Below, one piece after another: positions 30,013 through 39,412 of a stretch of 64,000 nt of DNA (positions are counted from its first letter, which is position 1; each line of letters opens with the position of its first letter). This stretch comes from Bacteroidales bacterium. GTDB lineage: Bacteria; Bacteroidota; Bacteroidia; Bacteroidales; UBA3663. The notes under the pieces are model-generated. The model saw only the letters and a program-made list of their open reading frames with translations. It was not told the origin of the DNA and searched no databases. The stretch is taken from positions 21,171 through 85,170 of the forward strand of contig JAZQOF010000036.1 in assembly GCA_045627785.1 (NCBI GenBank). Direction: 5' to 3'. The position numbers and the translations under genes were made by a program.

Positions 30013-31251
30013 TCACTGAATGATGATGCAACGGAGCTTTTCCGGTGCGAAAACCTCGTATGCGACATCTTGGATTTGTTCGGCAGAAACGGCATCAACG
30101 AGGGCACAAGTCTCTTCCAATGTCTCTGTTTTTCCAAGTCTCAGCATATTTTTTGCCAAAGCTATAGCGTTGTTCTCCAAGTTGGCTGTTGCAATTCCAA
30201 GTTGTCCCTTAAGTTGTTTTTTTGCAGCCAGCAGTTGTCGTGCTGTCATTTTTGTATCATACATTTTTTGCAGCTGCTTCTTGCAGATGGCGATACATTT
30301 CTCAACGTCGTTGTGGTCACATCCGAAATATATGCTTTGATATCCAGTATCGGTAAAGTTCGAAATATTGCCTTCGACAGTATATACAAGACCTCGTTTC
30401 TCTCGAAGCTCAATATTCAAACGGCTGTTCATTCCAGGTCCTCCTAAGATATTATTGATGATTGCTAATGCAGGAGACTTCGGACTACCTAAATAATATG
30501 TGCGTGTGCCTAAGATTACATGAGACTGATGTGTCGATTGGGAGATAATTTCTACCTCGCCAGATTCGTCATTAGTTATGGAGCTTCCAGATTCTGGAGA
30601 AATAATTGTAATGCTTTGGTCATTAATGTTGGAAAAGACGGCATGTCTCTCTACATTTCTCACTACTTTCTTGAAAGATGTCTTTCCGTAGTAGAAGAAT
30701 ACCATGGAATTGGCATTGTAGTGCTGGGCAATAAAGTCAAGGCATTTCTTGCTATCAAAACTACGTACGGTTTCTTCGCTGCCAAGAATATTATGACCGA
30801 GAGAATGCCCGGCAAACAATCGGTTCTCAAATTCGTCGTATATCAGTTCTGAAGGAGTGTCTCTATAGCTCTCAATCTCTTCAACCACAACTTCCTGTTC
30901 TTTTTCCAATTCGTGTTGAGGTGCAGTCGGATTGCAAACGAGGTCGCAAAGCAACTCGCAGGCACGTGGAAAGTCCTGATCAAGAAACGAAGTGTAGAAT
31001 GTGGTTTCTTCCTTTGTGGTAAAAGCATTCAGTTCGCCACCAACCGATTCCATACGGTTGTTGATGTGCCAGCTGTCACGTTTCTTCGTTCCTTTAAATA
31101 ATATATGTTCTATGAAATGGGCTATGCCGTAATAATCCGATGAGGTCTCATTACGAGATCCGCAATCGACCATAAAACCGCAGTAGCCTACTGCAGAATC
31201 CCTGTATTGATGTACTATTCGTAACCCGTTAGGTAATGTCAAAAACTCCAT
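30013..31251 (-). CDS. M16-family (pitrilysin/insulinase-like) zinc peptidase
   Basis: Inverted zinc motif HFIEH with a downstream E, and 412 aa. Confidence 0.88.
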   Translation of the reverse strand: MEFLTLPNGLRIVHQYRDSAVGYCGFMVDCGSRNETSSDYYGIAHFIEHILFKGTKKRDSWHINNRMESVGGELNAFTTKEETTFYTSFLDQDFPRACELLCDLVCNPTAPQHELEKEQEVVVEEIESYRDTPSELIYDEFENRLFAGHSLGHNILGSEETVRSFDSKKCLDFIAQHYNANSMVFFYYGKTSFKKVVRNVERHAVFSNINDQSITIISPESGSSITNDESGEVEIISQSTHQSHVILGTRTYYLGSPKSPALAIINNILGGPGMNSRLNIELREKRGLVYTVEGNISNFTDTGYQSIYFGCDHNDVEKCIAICKKQLQKMYDTKMTARQLLAAKKQLKGQLGIATANLENNAIALAKNMLRLGKTETLEETCALVDAVSAEQIQDVAYEVFAPEKLRCIIIQ

Positions 31252-31379
31252 ATTTGTTGAGAATTATTGCAAATTTATATAAATATTGCCAAAAAAGATA
31301 TCGCATATAAAAATAATTGATTATTTTTGCCAAAAATCGACAAAGGCGATGCCGCTTTTGTGTCGTAATACATTATTTC

Positions 31380-31982
31380 ATGAACGAATTATTCCAATCA
31401 ATAATAAACCGAGAGGCAGAAGCTCTGACAAAGATTCCTATTGATGACCAATATGAAAAGGCTGTCGATCTCATTGTCGAGAAAGTGCATAACCAGAAGG
31501 GTAAACTCGTAGTGAGTGGCATGGGTAAAGCAGGTCAGATTGGAGCTAATATTGCAACTACATTTTCATCGACTGGCACAACAGCCTTCTTCTTGCATCC
31601 AAGTGAAGCTCAGCATGGAGATTTAGGTATTATTCAGCCTAATGATGTCCTTTTGCTTATATCAAATTCAGGAAAGACTCGCGAAATACTTGAACTTATC
31701 GATCTTGCCGACAATCTTCATGGTCGTTTGCCATTGATTGTCATTACAGGAAATCCGGATAGTCCTTTGGGTAAGTCAGCCGATATCTGTCTCTCTACAG
31801 GTAATCCTGCAGAAGTTTGTCCGTTGGGTATGACGCCTACGACTTCGACAACAATGATGACCGTGATCGGAGATATGCTTGTTGTGGGAACAATGACCAA
31901 AATAGGATTCACTATCGAAGAATACGCAAAACGTCATCACGGAGGTTATCTCGGTCGAAAAGCAAGACACGAAGATGAGTGA
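31380..31982 (+). CDS. SIS-domain sugar-phosphate isomerase, KdsD/KpsF-like without CBS domains (arabinose-5-phosphate isomerase candidate)
   Basis: GKLVVSGMGKAGQIGANIATTFSSTGTTAFFLHPSEAQHGDLG...ISNSGKT. A -7 box TATTTTTG at 31322..31329 lies inside the ORF-track extension, so the start is taken as ATG 31380. Confidence 0.7.
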   Translation: MNELFQSIINREAEALTKIPIDDQYEKAVDLIVEKVHNQKGKLVVSGMGKAGQIGANIATTFSSTGTTAFFLHPSEAQHGDLGIIQPNDVLLLISNSGKTREILELIDLADNLHGRLPLIVITGNPDSPLGKSADICLSTGNPAEVCPLGMTPTTSTTMMTVIGDMLVVGTMTKIGFTIEEYAKRHHGGYLGRKARHEDE

Positions 31983-32679
31983 GATCTTTGCTCGAAGCGC
32001 AGCCTTGATGGGCGAAGAGGGAATGAGACGCGCAGCCTCGGTAAAGGTTTTGATCTTTGGTGTAGGAGGTGTAGGTAGCTGGTGTGCAGAAAGTCTTGTA
32101 CGCTCTGGCGTAAAACATTTGACAATTGTTGACAACGACGTCGTTGTGGAAAGCAATGTTAACCGCCAGCTTATGGCTACAACAAAGACCATCGGAGAAA
32201 TTAAGGTTGAGGCTCTCAAGCAACGCTTGTTGGACATCAATCCAGAAGCTGAGATTGAAGCTCGTTTTGAGAAATATGAAGAGACAAATGCCGGGAGTTT
32301 CCATCTCGAAGACTATGATTATGTAGTCGATGCTATTGATAGTGTGGAATGCAAGGCGCATCTTATTCTCAACGCAACACGACTATCCAAGGAGCGAGGT
32401 CTGAAATTCTACAGCTCAATGGGAGCAGCTCTTCGTTTAAATCCATTTGCCGTTACCTGTGCGGAATTCTGGAACATAAAGGGAGACGGATTGGCAAGAG
32501 CATTGAGAAACAGGTTCAAGAAGAATAAAACCTTCCCTTCACACAAGTTCAAATGCGTGTATAGTGAAGAGACTCCAGTGGAGTCGGTCAACGGCGAGAA
32601 AGGTTCTGTATCTTATGTTACTTCCATCTTTGGCCTGTCACTTGCCGGAATGATAATGAATGATATTAAACAAAGTTGA
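31975..32679 (+). CDS. tcdA: tRNA threonylcarbamoyladenosine dehydratase (ThiF/E1-like)
   Basis: VLIFGVGGVGSW Rossmann motif, NRQ and DAIDS motifs, and an 8-nt overlap with the SIS gene. Confidence 0.85.
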   Translation: MSEIFARSAALMGEEGMRRAASVKVLIFGVGGVGSWCAESLVRSGVKHLTIVDNDVVVESNVNRQLMATTKTIGEIKVEALKQRLLDINPEAEIEARFEKYEETNAGSFHLEDYDYVVDAIDSVECKAHLILNATRLSKERGLKFYSSMGAALRLNPFAVTCAEFWNIKGDGLARALRNRFKKNKTFPSHKFKCVYSEETPVESVNGEKGSVSYVTSIFGLSLAGMIMNDIKQS

Positions 32680-32700
32680 AAAAATCAAATTCGAATTAAT

Positions 32701-32889
32701 ATGTCACATTTTTTAATGATTGGAACTACAGAGCTCGTTGCTATCGTAGTCGTGGTTTTACTTCTTTTCGGCGGTAAAAAGATTCCTGAACTCATGCGTG
32801 GACTCGGAAGCGGTGTCAAGAGTTTCAAAGATGGCATGAAAGAAGGAGATAAGCCTACTGAAGAGGAAAAGAAAGAAGATAAAGACTAA
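32701..32889 (+). CDS. tatA: Twin-arginine translocase subunit TatA/E
   Basis: 62 aa with a TM helix, [21 protein letters not shown] and an acidic tail. Confidence 0.9.
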   Translation: MSHFLMIGTTELVAIVVVVLLLFGGKKIPELMRGLGSGVKSFKDGMKEGDKPTEEEKKEDKD

Positions 32890-33197
32890 TCTTTGGCAAA
32901 TATATTGCCAGCCATGAAGTGGTACAAAATGAAACGGTCTTTATTTGCCTCTGAAATAATGTAATATTTCGTTTTGCCCCATTTCCCTTCTTTTATTTCG
33001 TGAATAAGGTTCGCCCGTCTCAACACCAACAGATGTTGAGTCGTCGTTGCTGGCGTTAAATTCAGACTTTCGCTGATATCCTTAAGCCTTAACCTGTTAG
33101 AACTTAATAACTCGATAATTTTCACTCTTGCAGGATGAGACAGCGCGAATGCTATTTCGGCAACAGTTTCATAAGTGCTGATACTTTTTTTACCCAT
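32886..33197 (-). CDS. ArsR/SmtB-family winged-helix transcriptional regulator
   Basis: [14 protein letters not shown]...[28 protein letters not shown]. Confidence 0.8.
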   Translation of the reverse strand: MGKKSISTYETVAEIAFALSHPARVKIIELLSSNRLRLKDISESLNLTPATTTQHLLVLRRANLIHEIKEGKWGKTKYYIISEANKDRFILYHFMAGNIFAKD

Positions 33198-33397
33198 ACA
33201 GATAAATGATTATGAATTTTTGGTAGCAATGTTCTGATAAACATTATGGGTGTAATAATATTATTAATAATGTATAAATAAGTTCCTGTTCGCAAGTTTT
33301 TTGATAACCTACGAACGGGAATTATTCATTATTGTAATATGGGATTTGAATTTATGGTAAATAAGTACATAATGGAACAGTAAGTGAAGACTGTCGA

Positions 33398-34057
33398 TTA
33401 TCTTCGTCTTGGTCTTCTCGAAGGAGATGCCTTTTTACCTCTTAAAGCGGCTGCCTTAGGATTTACTCCTTCAACACGACGCTCCTTAAGATCGTGGGCT
33501 GGATTGCGTAGTTTTGCTACGGCTTCATCGAAGCTTTTTGCCTTGCGGTTTTCGTCTCTGATAGCCTGTTTCTTTGCAACTTCTTTATTGGCAGCCTGAA
33601 CGGCAATGTTTTTTGCTTGTTTGTCTGCTGCACTATGTCCGCGAGTCTTAATAGCTGCTGCGCGAGCTGCTTCAGCCTTGAGTTGAGAAAGACTTTTTAC
33701 GCTTGTCGATTTCTTGTTGACATTTTTTCTGCCTTTGCGTAAAAGCTTACTCTTTGGATTCAACTTCAATTCTTCAAGGCGAGCTTCCTTCTCGGCATTA
33801 TGTTCTACCCACCAAGGCGTGTGTTCTGCTTGTTTTATCAAAACCTCCTCGCTGATTGCATTTGCAAGTGGGTTGTTAGGGTTGACGAGTTGTCCGTCAA
33901 CAGTTACTTTGTCTCGTTGCGAATCTATCTGCATGCCGATACGAGCTGGAGTACCATTGACTTCAACACGTCCGTCTTCAATCAAAGTATCTACATCTCT
34001 GCGGGAGCAGACTCCTGATTCGCTGAGGTATTTATTAATTCTTATTATTCTTTCCAT
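33398..34057 (-). CDS. S4 RNA-binding domain protein with a long Lys/Ala/Arg-rich basic tail
   Basis: The N-terminal 60 aa form a canonical S4 domain (RINKYLSESGVCSRRDVDTLIEDGRVEVNG). No pseudouridine-synthase core follows, and the protein ends ...SRRPRRR. Confidence 0.75.
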   Translation of the reverse strand: MERIIRINKYLSESGVCSRRDVDTLIEDGRVEVNGTPARIGMQIDSQRDKVTVDGQLVNPNNPLANAISEEVLIKQAEHTPWWVEHNAEKEARLEELKLNPKSKLLRKGRKNVNKKSTSVKSLSQLKAEAARAAAIKTRGHSAADKQAKNIAVQAANKEVAKKQAIRDENRKAKSFDEAVAKLRNPAHDLKERRVEGVNPKAAALRGKKASPSRRPRRR

Positions 34058-34081
34058 TTTACTAGTTTGATTTTTGACTTT

Positions 34082-34840
34082 TCAGTCTTTGATGATTAAT
34101 TCGATCGGGCAGTGATCAGACCCGAAAATCTCTGTATGAATGCCTGCGGAAACTAAACTTGGTGCGAGACTTGCTGATGCGAGGAAATAGTCGATGCGCC
34201 AACCTGTATTCTTGGCACGAGCCTGGAATCGATATGACCACCATGAATAGACATCCTTAACGTCTGGGTTGAAATATCTCCAGGTATCAATGAAGCCGCC
34301 GTCAAGCAATGTCGTCATCTTTGCTCTTTCTTCGTCGGTGAATCCTGCGTTCATGTGGTTTGTCTTCGGATTCTTGAGGTCGATTTCCTGATGTGCAACA
34401 TTCAGGTCTCCGCATACAATCACAGGTTTGCCTTTCGCTTCGAGTGAAAGCAGGTAACTGCGGAAATCATCTTCCCATGTCATTCGATATTCCAAACGCT
34501 TCAGTTCGTCCTGTGAGTTTGGCGTGTAGCATGTGACGAGGAAGAAGTTCGGCATTTCCAACGTGATAACTCTGCCTTCATGGTCGTGTTCGTCGACGCC
34601 AATACCGTAGGAAACGCTCAACGGATCATGCTTGGAGAAGATTGCCGTACCGGAATATCCTTTCTTGTCGGCATAGTTCCAGTAAGACTTATATCCGTCA
34701 AAAGAGAGATCGATCTGCCCGGCTTGAAGTTTCGTCTCTTGAAGACAGAAGAAATCTGCATCAAGCGAATTGAAAATATCCCTGAAGCCTTTTTCGCATA
34801 CGGCACGCAAACCGTTGACATTCCATGATATGAGTTTCAT
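34082..34840 (-). CDS. xth: Exodeoxyribonuclease III
   Basis: MKLISWNVNGLRA...FCLQETK...GDLNVAH...SDHCPI. Confidence 0.95.
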   Translation of the reverse strand: MKLISWNVNGLRAVCEKGFRDIFNSLDADFFCLQETKLQAGQIDLSFDGYKSYWNYADKKGYSGTAIFSKHDPLSVSYGIGVDEHDHEGRVITLEMPNFFLVTCYTPNSQDELKRLEYRMTWEDDFRSYLLSLEAKGKPVIVCGDLNVAHQEIDLKNPKTNHMNAGFTDEERAKMTTLLDGGFIDTWRYFNPDVKDVYSWWSYRFQARAKNTGWRIDYFLASASLAPSLVSAGIHTEIFGSDHCPIELIIKD

Positions 34841-34846
34841 ATACTA

Positions 34847-35803
34847 TTAGTTGTTGCTGTCGAAGAAATATGTGATAGTACCAGTTACGTTTCCTGCGCC
34901 GTCCGCTGTCTTGAACTTAGCTCGGAGAGCAGCTTCTGTTGCAGCTTTTCGAAGTTCCTGACTTGCAGTGGTTGTGCCCGAAGTCGGTTCTGCTGAAATG
35001 ACATTACCAGCAGCATTAACGGTGATCTTTACTACGACTGTGCCAGATTGGTTGACATTGAAAGATGGTCTTGGCAATGATCCGGATATGCCACGTCCTC
35101 CTAAATCGTATTTGCCGTATCCAGCATTACCTCGGCTTGCACCATTAGCGCTGTTTCCATTTACGCTTCCTTGTATACCGTTGTTCTTGTCGCCTGTGCC
35201 GCTATTGTTGCCGAATGCTCCGGTAACAAGGTTCTGGGCAGCCTTTCTCTTAGCGTCCTCTTCAGCCTTGCGACGAGCCGCTTCTTCTTCAGCTTTACGT
35301 TTAGCTTCCGCCTCTGCCTTCGCTTTAGCGTCGGCTTCTGCTTTCTTTCTTGCTTCTTCAGCCTTTTTCGCGTCAGCTTCTGCTTTGGCTTTAGCCTTTG
35401 CCTCAGCTTCAGCTTTCTTTGCAGCTTCCTCCTTGCGTTTCTTTTCTTTTTCTGCAGCAAGGTTTGGCGCATCGTCGTTATTCTGGGCAATCAAAGGTTC
35501 TTTTGGTTGTGGCTGCTGAGGAACAGATGGAACCGGTTCTGTAGGAGCTTCTGCCGATTCCGGCTGTGCTGCAGGTTCTTCGACCGAAGCAGGTTCGGAA
35601 GTCACAACAGCATTGGATGCCGAATGGTCATTGCCCGATGATAGCTCAACTTCACCCACCATAAGCAAAACTCCGCTTTCTTCTTCGGGTGCTTTATAGC
35701 TGAATCCAAGGAAGATGAGCAGTAGTATGAGCAAGGCGTGAAGTCCAAGCGAGATGCCGAGACTGATCAGCTTGTCTTTCTTATTATCGTTGTATTCTAT
35801 CAT
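34847..35803 (-). CDS. tonB: TonB-family energy transducer with a K/A/E-rich charged linker
   Basis: N-terminal TM anchor, a linker of (A/E/K) repeats, a C-terminal TonB domain (GTVVVKITVNAAGNV...) and an operon with exbB/exbD. Confidence 0.8.
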   Translation of the reverse strand: MIEYNDNKKDKLISLGISLGLHALLILLLIFLGFSYKAPEEESGVLLMVGEVELSSGNDHSASNAVVTSEPASVEEPAAQPESAEAPTEPVPSVPQQPQPKEPLIAQNNDDAPNLAAEKEKKRKEEAAKKAEAEAKAKAKAEADAKKAEEARKKAEADAKAKAEAEAKRKAEEEAARRKAEEDAKRKAAQNLVTGAFGNNSGTGDKNNGIQGSVNGNSANGASRGNAGYGKYDLGGRGISGSLPRPSFNVNQSGTVVVKITVNAAGNVISAEPTSGTTTASQELRKAATEAALRAKFKTADGAGNVTGTITYFFDSNN

Positions 35804-35805
35804 CC

Positions 35806-36216
35806 TTATTTCACAGGTCTTGTTGCAAGTACCATTCTGAAGTTCTCACGATTGGCGATATCCAGGATCTTGACAACTTCGCTATAAGGTACAGTCTCAT
35901 CGGCATATAGTGCTACGTACATGTCTGGCGCTTCGAGTTGCATGTTCTGTAACCAAGGGGTGATATCCTCGAAGTTCACCGAATGTTCTCTCTCATTGCC
36001 GAATGCGACATAATAATTGATCTCTTTGTCGATGGTCACACGAGCTAAAGGTGTAGCAGAGGTCTGCTTCTTGCTTTGTGGCAGAAGCACCTTGATGGCA
36101 TTAGGGAATACCACAGTCGAAGTGACCATAAAGAATATCAGCAGAAGAAAGATGACGTCTGTCATCGACGACATGCTGAAAGTGGCCATTGATTTGTTTC
36201 TGCGTTTCAGTGCCAT
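35806..36216 (-). CDS. exbD: ExbD/TolR biopolymer transport protein
   Basis: MTDVIFLLLIFFMV TM signature and 136 aa. Confidence 0.9.
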   Translation of the reverse strand: MALKRRNKSMATFSMSSMTDVIFLLLIFFMVTSTVVFPNAIKVLLPQSKKQTSATPLARVTIDKEINYYVAFGNEREHSVNFEDITPWLQNMQLEAPDMYVALYADETVPYSEVVKILDIANRENFRMVLATRPVK

Positions 36217-36220
36217 AGGC

Positions 36221-36946
36221 TTAGTTCTTTGCAGGGAGATCTGTTGAGATCAAATCCATGAATTCGAGAGTCTTTGCTTCCATCTCGTTTACCACCTTGT
36301 CGAGCTTACCCACAAGGTAGTTATAGGCAAACATTGCGATGATACCAACGATAAGGCCTGCAACAGTAGTTGTGAGCGCCTGATAGATACCACTTGAGAG
36401 GAGAGTGATGTCGGCATTGCTGCCAGCACTTGCCATATCGTAGAATGCGCGGATCATACCGGTTACGGTTCCGAGGAATCCGATCATTGGAGCACCGGAA
36501 GAGATTGTAGCGAGCATGGTGAAGCCTTTCTCCATCTGAGCAACCTGAAGGTTACCTACGTTTTCGATGGCACTTTGTATGTCGGCAGTCGGACGACCAA
36601 TGCGCATGATACCTTTCTCGATCATTGCGGCATAAGGTGCGCGTGTCTGTTTGCACACTTTGATAGCAGCATCTTTCTTGCCATCTGCGAGATATTCACG
36701 AATACGATCCATGAAATACGGAGCATCTTTCGAAGCCTTGCGGATGACAATATATCTCTCAATAAAAATGTATATTGCAAGTATCGAAAGGATTGCAAGC
36801 GGAATCATGAGCCATCCGCCATTGATAGCCATCTCCCAGAAAGAAAGACCTTTTTCTACTGCATTTGGATCTGTAACAACATTAAGAGTGTCTTCTACTG
36901 CTGAAGCATCGTTGACAGGCATTGTGATTTGAAGAAAACTGTTCAT
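36221..36946 (-). CDS. exbB: MotA/TolQ/ExbB proton channel protein
   Basis: Three TM helices and GAPMIGFLGTVTGMIRAF...ALTTTVAGL. Confidence 0.9.
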   Translation of the reverse strand: MNSFLQITMPVNDASAVEDTLNVVTDPNAVEKGLSFWEMAINGGWLMIPLAILSILAIYIFIERYIVIRKASKDAPYFMDRIREYLADGKKDAAIKVCKQTRAPYAAMIEKGIMRIGRPTADIQSAIENVGNLQVAQMEKGFTMLATISSGAPMIGFLGTVTGMIRAFYDMASAGSNADITLLSSGIYQALTTTVAGLIVGIIAMFAYNYLVGKLDKVVNEMEAKTLEFMDLISTDLPAKN

Positions 36947-37137
36947 TAATTTATCGTTAATTATTGCATGTGCGTTATTTGACGCATTCTGCGGTTAAAA
37001 ATACATTTTGGTGTACGAATATTTGGAAATATCGTATTTTCTTGGCATCTTTGCGGCGATTCTATTGATATTTCGATGCAAAAATAGTAATATTTTTCGA
37101 AAGCAAACTATTTCAAATAATAAAAATACTAAATTAC

Positions 37138-37938
37138 ATGAAAATAGCCCTTTTTGGAGCTGCAAAGCCTGAAGCATGTGCACAGATAAAAGACATTCTC
37201 GAACCTTTGGAGGGCGTCGAAATATTGGATGGTGATGTGTCGTTCGAAGGGGCAGATATGGCATTTAGTATTGGCGGTGACGGAACATTCCTGCGCACTG
37301 CAGCCAAAATCGGAACATCCGATATTCCTATTCTTGGTATCAATGCTGGCCGACTCGGATTCCTCGCCGATATTCAGCTGAACGAAATCGGTGTTGCTAT
37401 CCCTGAGATTGTTCTGGATAATAAATATGAAGTCGAACGTCGAAATCTCTTGGAGCTGAATATTCCTGAATGCAGTCAGAAATATCAGCGATTTGCCTTG
37501 AATGAAGTTTCGATCCTGAAACGCGATGCCTCTTCCATGGTTTCGGTTTCGGTATATGTTGATGGTGTTCTTCTCAACCAGTATGATGCCGACGGACTTG
37601 TCATTGCTACTCCAACAGGTTCGACGGCTTATGCTATGAGTGCAGGCGGACCTATTCTTCAGCCACAGTCACATTGCTTCGAGATCGTTCCTATTGCGGC
37701 ACATTCACTCACGGCTCGTCCTCTTGTCATCAAAGACACAAGCGTTCTTGATATTGAGGTGTCGAGTCGCAACAATCTCTTCCTTGTTGCTACCGATGGT
37801 CTTCCTCTTCATCTCACAACTCAGTATAAACTGCAGTTGCGTCGTGCATCTCACACAATCGGCGTTGTCCGTCGTCCAAACCATTCTTTTTATGATACCC
37901 TACGCGAGAAATTGATGTGGGGCAAGAAGGGATATTGA
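37138..37938 (+). CDS. nadK: NAD(+) kinase
   Basis: GGDGTFL motif, ...ATPTGSTAYAMSAGGPI. Confidence 0.93.
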   Translation: MKIALFGAAKPEACAQIKDILEPLEGVEILDGDVSFEGADMAFSIGGDGTFLRTAAKIGTSDIPILGINAGRLGFLADIQLNEIGVAIPEIVLDNKYEVERRNLLELNIPECSQKYQRFALNEVSILKRDASSMVSVSVYVDGVLLNQYDADGLVIATPTGSTAYAMSAGGPILQPQSHCFEIVPIAAHSLTARPLVIKDTSVLDIEVSSRNNLFLVATDGLPLHLTTQYKLQLRRASHTIGVVRRPNHSFYDTLREKLMWGKKGY

Positions 37939-37994
37939 ATCGACGCTCGTCGATCGTCTCTCCGGAACTCCCGACGTCCGATTGACGACCGTCA

Positions 37995-38088
37995 AAGACT
38001 TCTCGGGAATTCCCGAGAACAAATTGCCGATCGTCGATGATCTCTCCGGACTTCCCGTGGACTCATCGACGCGCGTCGATGAGCACTC
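37995..38088. repeat. GC-rich palindromic intergenic repeat, copy B, inside a 588-nt hairpin-rich non-coding tract
   Basis: 82 of 94 positions identical to 3955..4048. It is preceded by a related half-unit at 37941..37994 and followed by further palindromes, including a 12-bp perfect stem CGACATCAACAC/GTGTTGATGTCG at about 38245..38278. Confidence 0.8.
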
Positions 38089-38450
38089 AACTTTTCTGGA
38101 GTTGTCGGCAAACTGATACGATCAGCACTCTTGTCGCCAAGAGTTGTCATCGTACCTTTACGAAGACATTTCCGACTTCCCGGAAGTCCGTTCTCCGTTT
38201 GGAGATTAGACTTTTTAAAACTCCGAAGCCCAATCTCCATGCGTCGACATCAACACTTTGAACATTGTGTTGATGTCGCCAAATGTCGATGACACTTCCT
38301 GTTTTCTCGTAGCCCAACCCATCTGCTCCGATGACATTTCGGTATTCTGGGGAGCCCGATCGGAGCAGTTTGACGACAGAAAGTAGGAAATGTCCTCACC
38401 AACCCCTAAATTTTACATCATATACATTTGGAGTTGATAAATATAATCTC

Positions 38451-38458
38451 TATCTTTG
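38451..38458 (+). promoter_or_regulatory. -7 box TATCTTTG upstream of the RhuM-like remnant
   Basis: Perfect TAnnTTTG, about 68 nt upstream of ATG 38527. Confidence 0.45.
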
Positions 38459-38526
38459 CACCATAAATCATTCACGCAAAGTGTAATGATCATTGTAACT
38501 TATAAAAACCAAATTTCAGAACATTA

Positions 38527-39150
38527 ATGAAACAAGAGATCCAGAAGAAAGGCGAGGTGATACTGTATCACCCGAGTGAGACCATCAAGTTGGAGGTACG
38601 ACTTGAAAACGAGACTGTGTGGCTGACGCAGCAGCAGATTGCTGAGTTATTTGGGGTAAGGCAACCTGCAATATCAAAACATCTAAATAATATCTTTAAG
38701 GAAGAAGAATTAGATCCGAGTTCAGTTCATTCCATTTTGGAATATACTGCGAGTGATGGCAAAATCTATAAAACAAATTTCTACAATCTTGATGCTATTC
38801 TTTCTGTAGGTTATAGAGTAAACAGCAAAAATGCTACTCAATTTCGTCGTTGGGCAAATAGCATCAAACTTGGGCAGGCAGAACAGCCAAAGAATATAAG
38901 CAGTTGAATGGTCTGAAGAAAGAGAATCTACGCGATAATATGACCAACGAGGAATTGGTCCTCAACATGCTGGCAGAACTTTCGACTACCAGCATTACCA
39001 AATCAAAAGATCCACAGACATTGGAAGAAAACATGCAATGTGCAGCCGATGGAGGAAATGCTGCACGCGTTGCCCGGGAGGAACTTGAAGCAAAAACCGG
39101 AAGATCGGTCGTTTCTCCTATGAGTGCTAACCGTTTCTTTGAAAGTCAAC
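38527..39150 (+). pseudogene. Gene remnants: RhuM-family N-terminal fragment fused out of frame to a DinD/RhuM-like C-terminal fragment
   Basis: 38527..38907 encodes only about the first 115 aa of a RhuM-type protein (IKLEVRLENETVWLTQQQIAELFG...SVGYRVNSKNATQFRRWA), then stops. The overlapping frame from 38904 carries a C-terminal-type segment (LRDNMTNEELVLNMLAELSTT...ARVAREELEAKTGRSVVS). The middle of the gene is missing. Confidence 0.65.
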
Positions 39151-39207
39151 AAGTAAAAAATATAAAAGGCGAAAACAAAGAGAAAAAATTTTTCCTTTTC
39201 GTCCAGC

Positions 39208-39300
39208 AAAAAAAGCCACCGTTGAGGACGATGGCTTCAGGACCTAATGTTTTCACAACGGACCGAAGTCCTTATTGTGAATTGCTGAAAAAATTGTACT
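39208..39300 (-). ncRNA. tracrRNA: tracrRNA of the type II-C system (predicted about 91 nt)
   Basis: The minus strand reads TACAATTTTTTCAGCAATTCACAA (anti-repeat), then TAAGGACTTCGGTCCGTTGTGAAAACATTAGGTCCTGAA and GCCATCG-TCCTCAA-CGGTGGC-TTTTTTT. It has 21-24 nt of perfect complementarity to the crRNA-sense repeat 5' end, a GGAC-UUCG-GUCC hairpin and an intrinsic terminator. Confidence 0.78.
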
Positions 39301-39301
39301 G

Positions 39302-39309
39302 CAAAAGTA
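39302..39309 (-). promoter_or_regulatory. -7 box (TACTTTTG on the minus strand) for the tracrRNA
   Basis: The plus strand reads CAAAAGTA, a perfect TAnnTTTG placed a few nt upstream of the first anti-repeat nucleotide. Confidence 0.5.
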
Positions 39310-39381
39310 GGAATTATTATTATTATAAGCAAATTTTACACGTTTTTTTATCGAAAAAGAAGGAATTTATGTCTAATTTTG

Positions 39382-39389
39382 TATATTTG
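39382..39389 (+). promoter_or_regulatory. -7 box TATATTTG for cas9
   Basis: Perfect TAnnTTTG, 23 nt upstream of the cas9 ATG and divergent from the tracrRNA promoter. Confidence 0.55.
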
Positions 39390-39412
39390 TCGGAGTATTT
39401 AAAGATAATAAC

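Noticed and set aside
35161-35641. ORFs at 35161..35490 (-), 35171..35641 (+) and 34968..35519 (+) inside tonB.
   Set aside because: They are generated by the Ala/Lys/Glu repeat region, where low-complexity codon repeats stay open in several frames. The TonB frame has the TM anchor and the conserved C-terminal domain.
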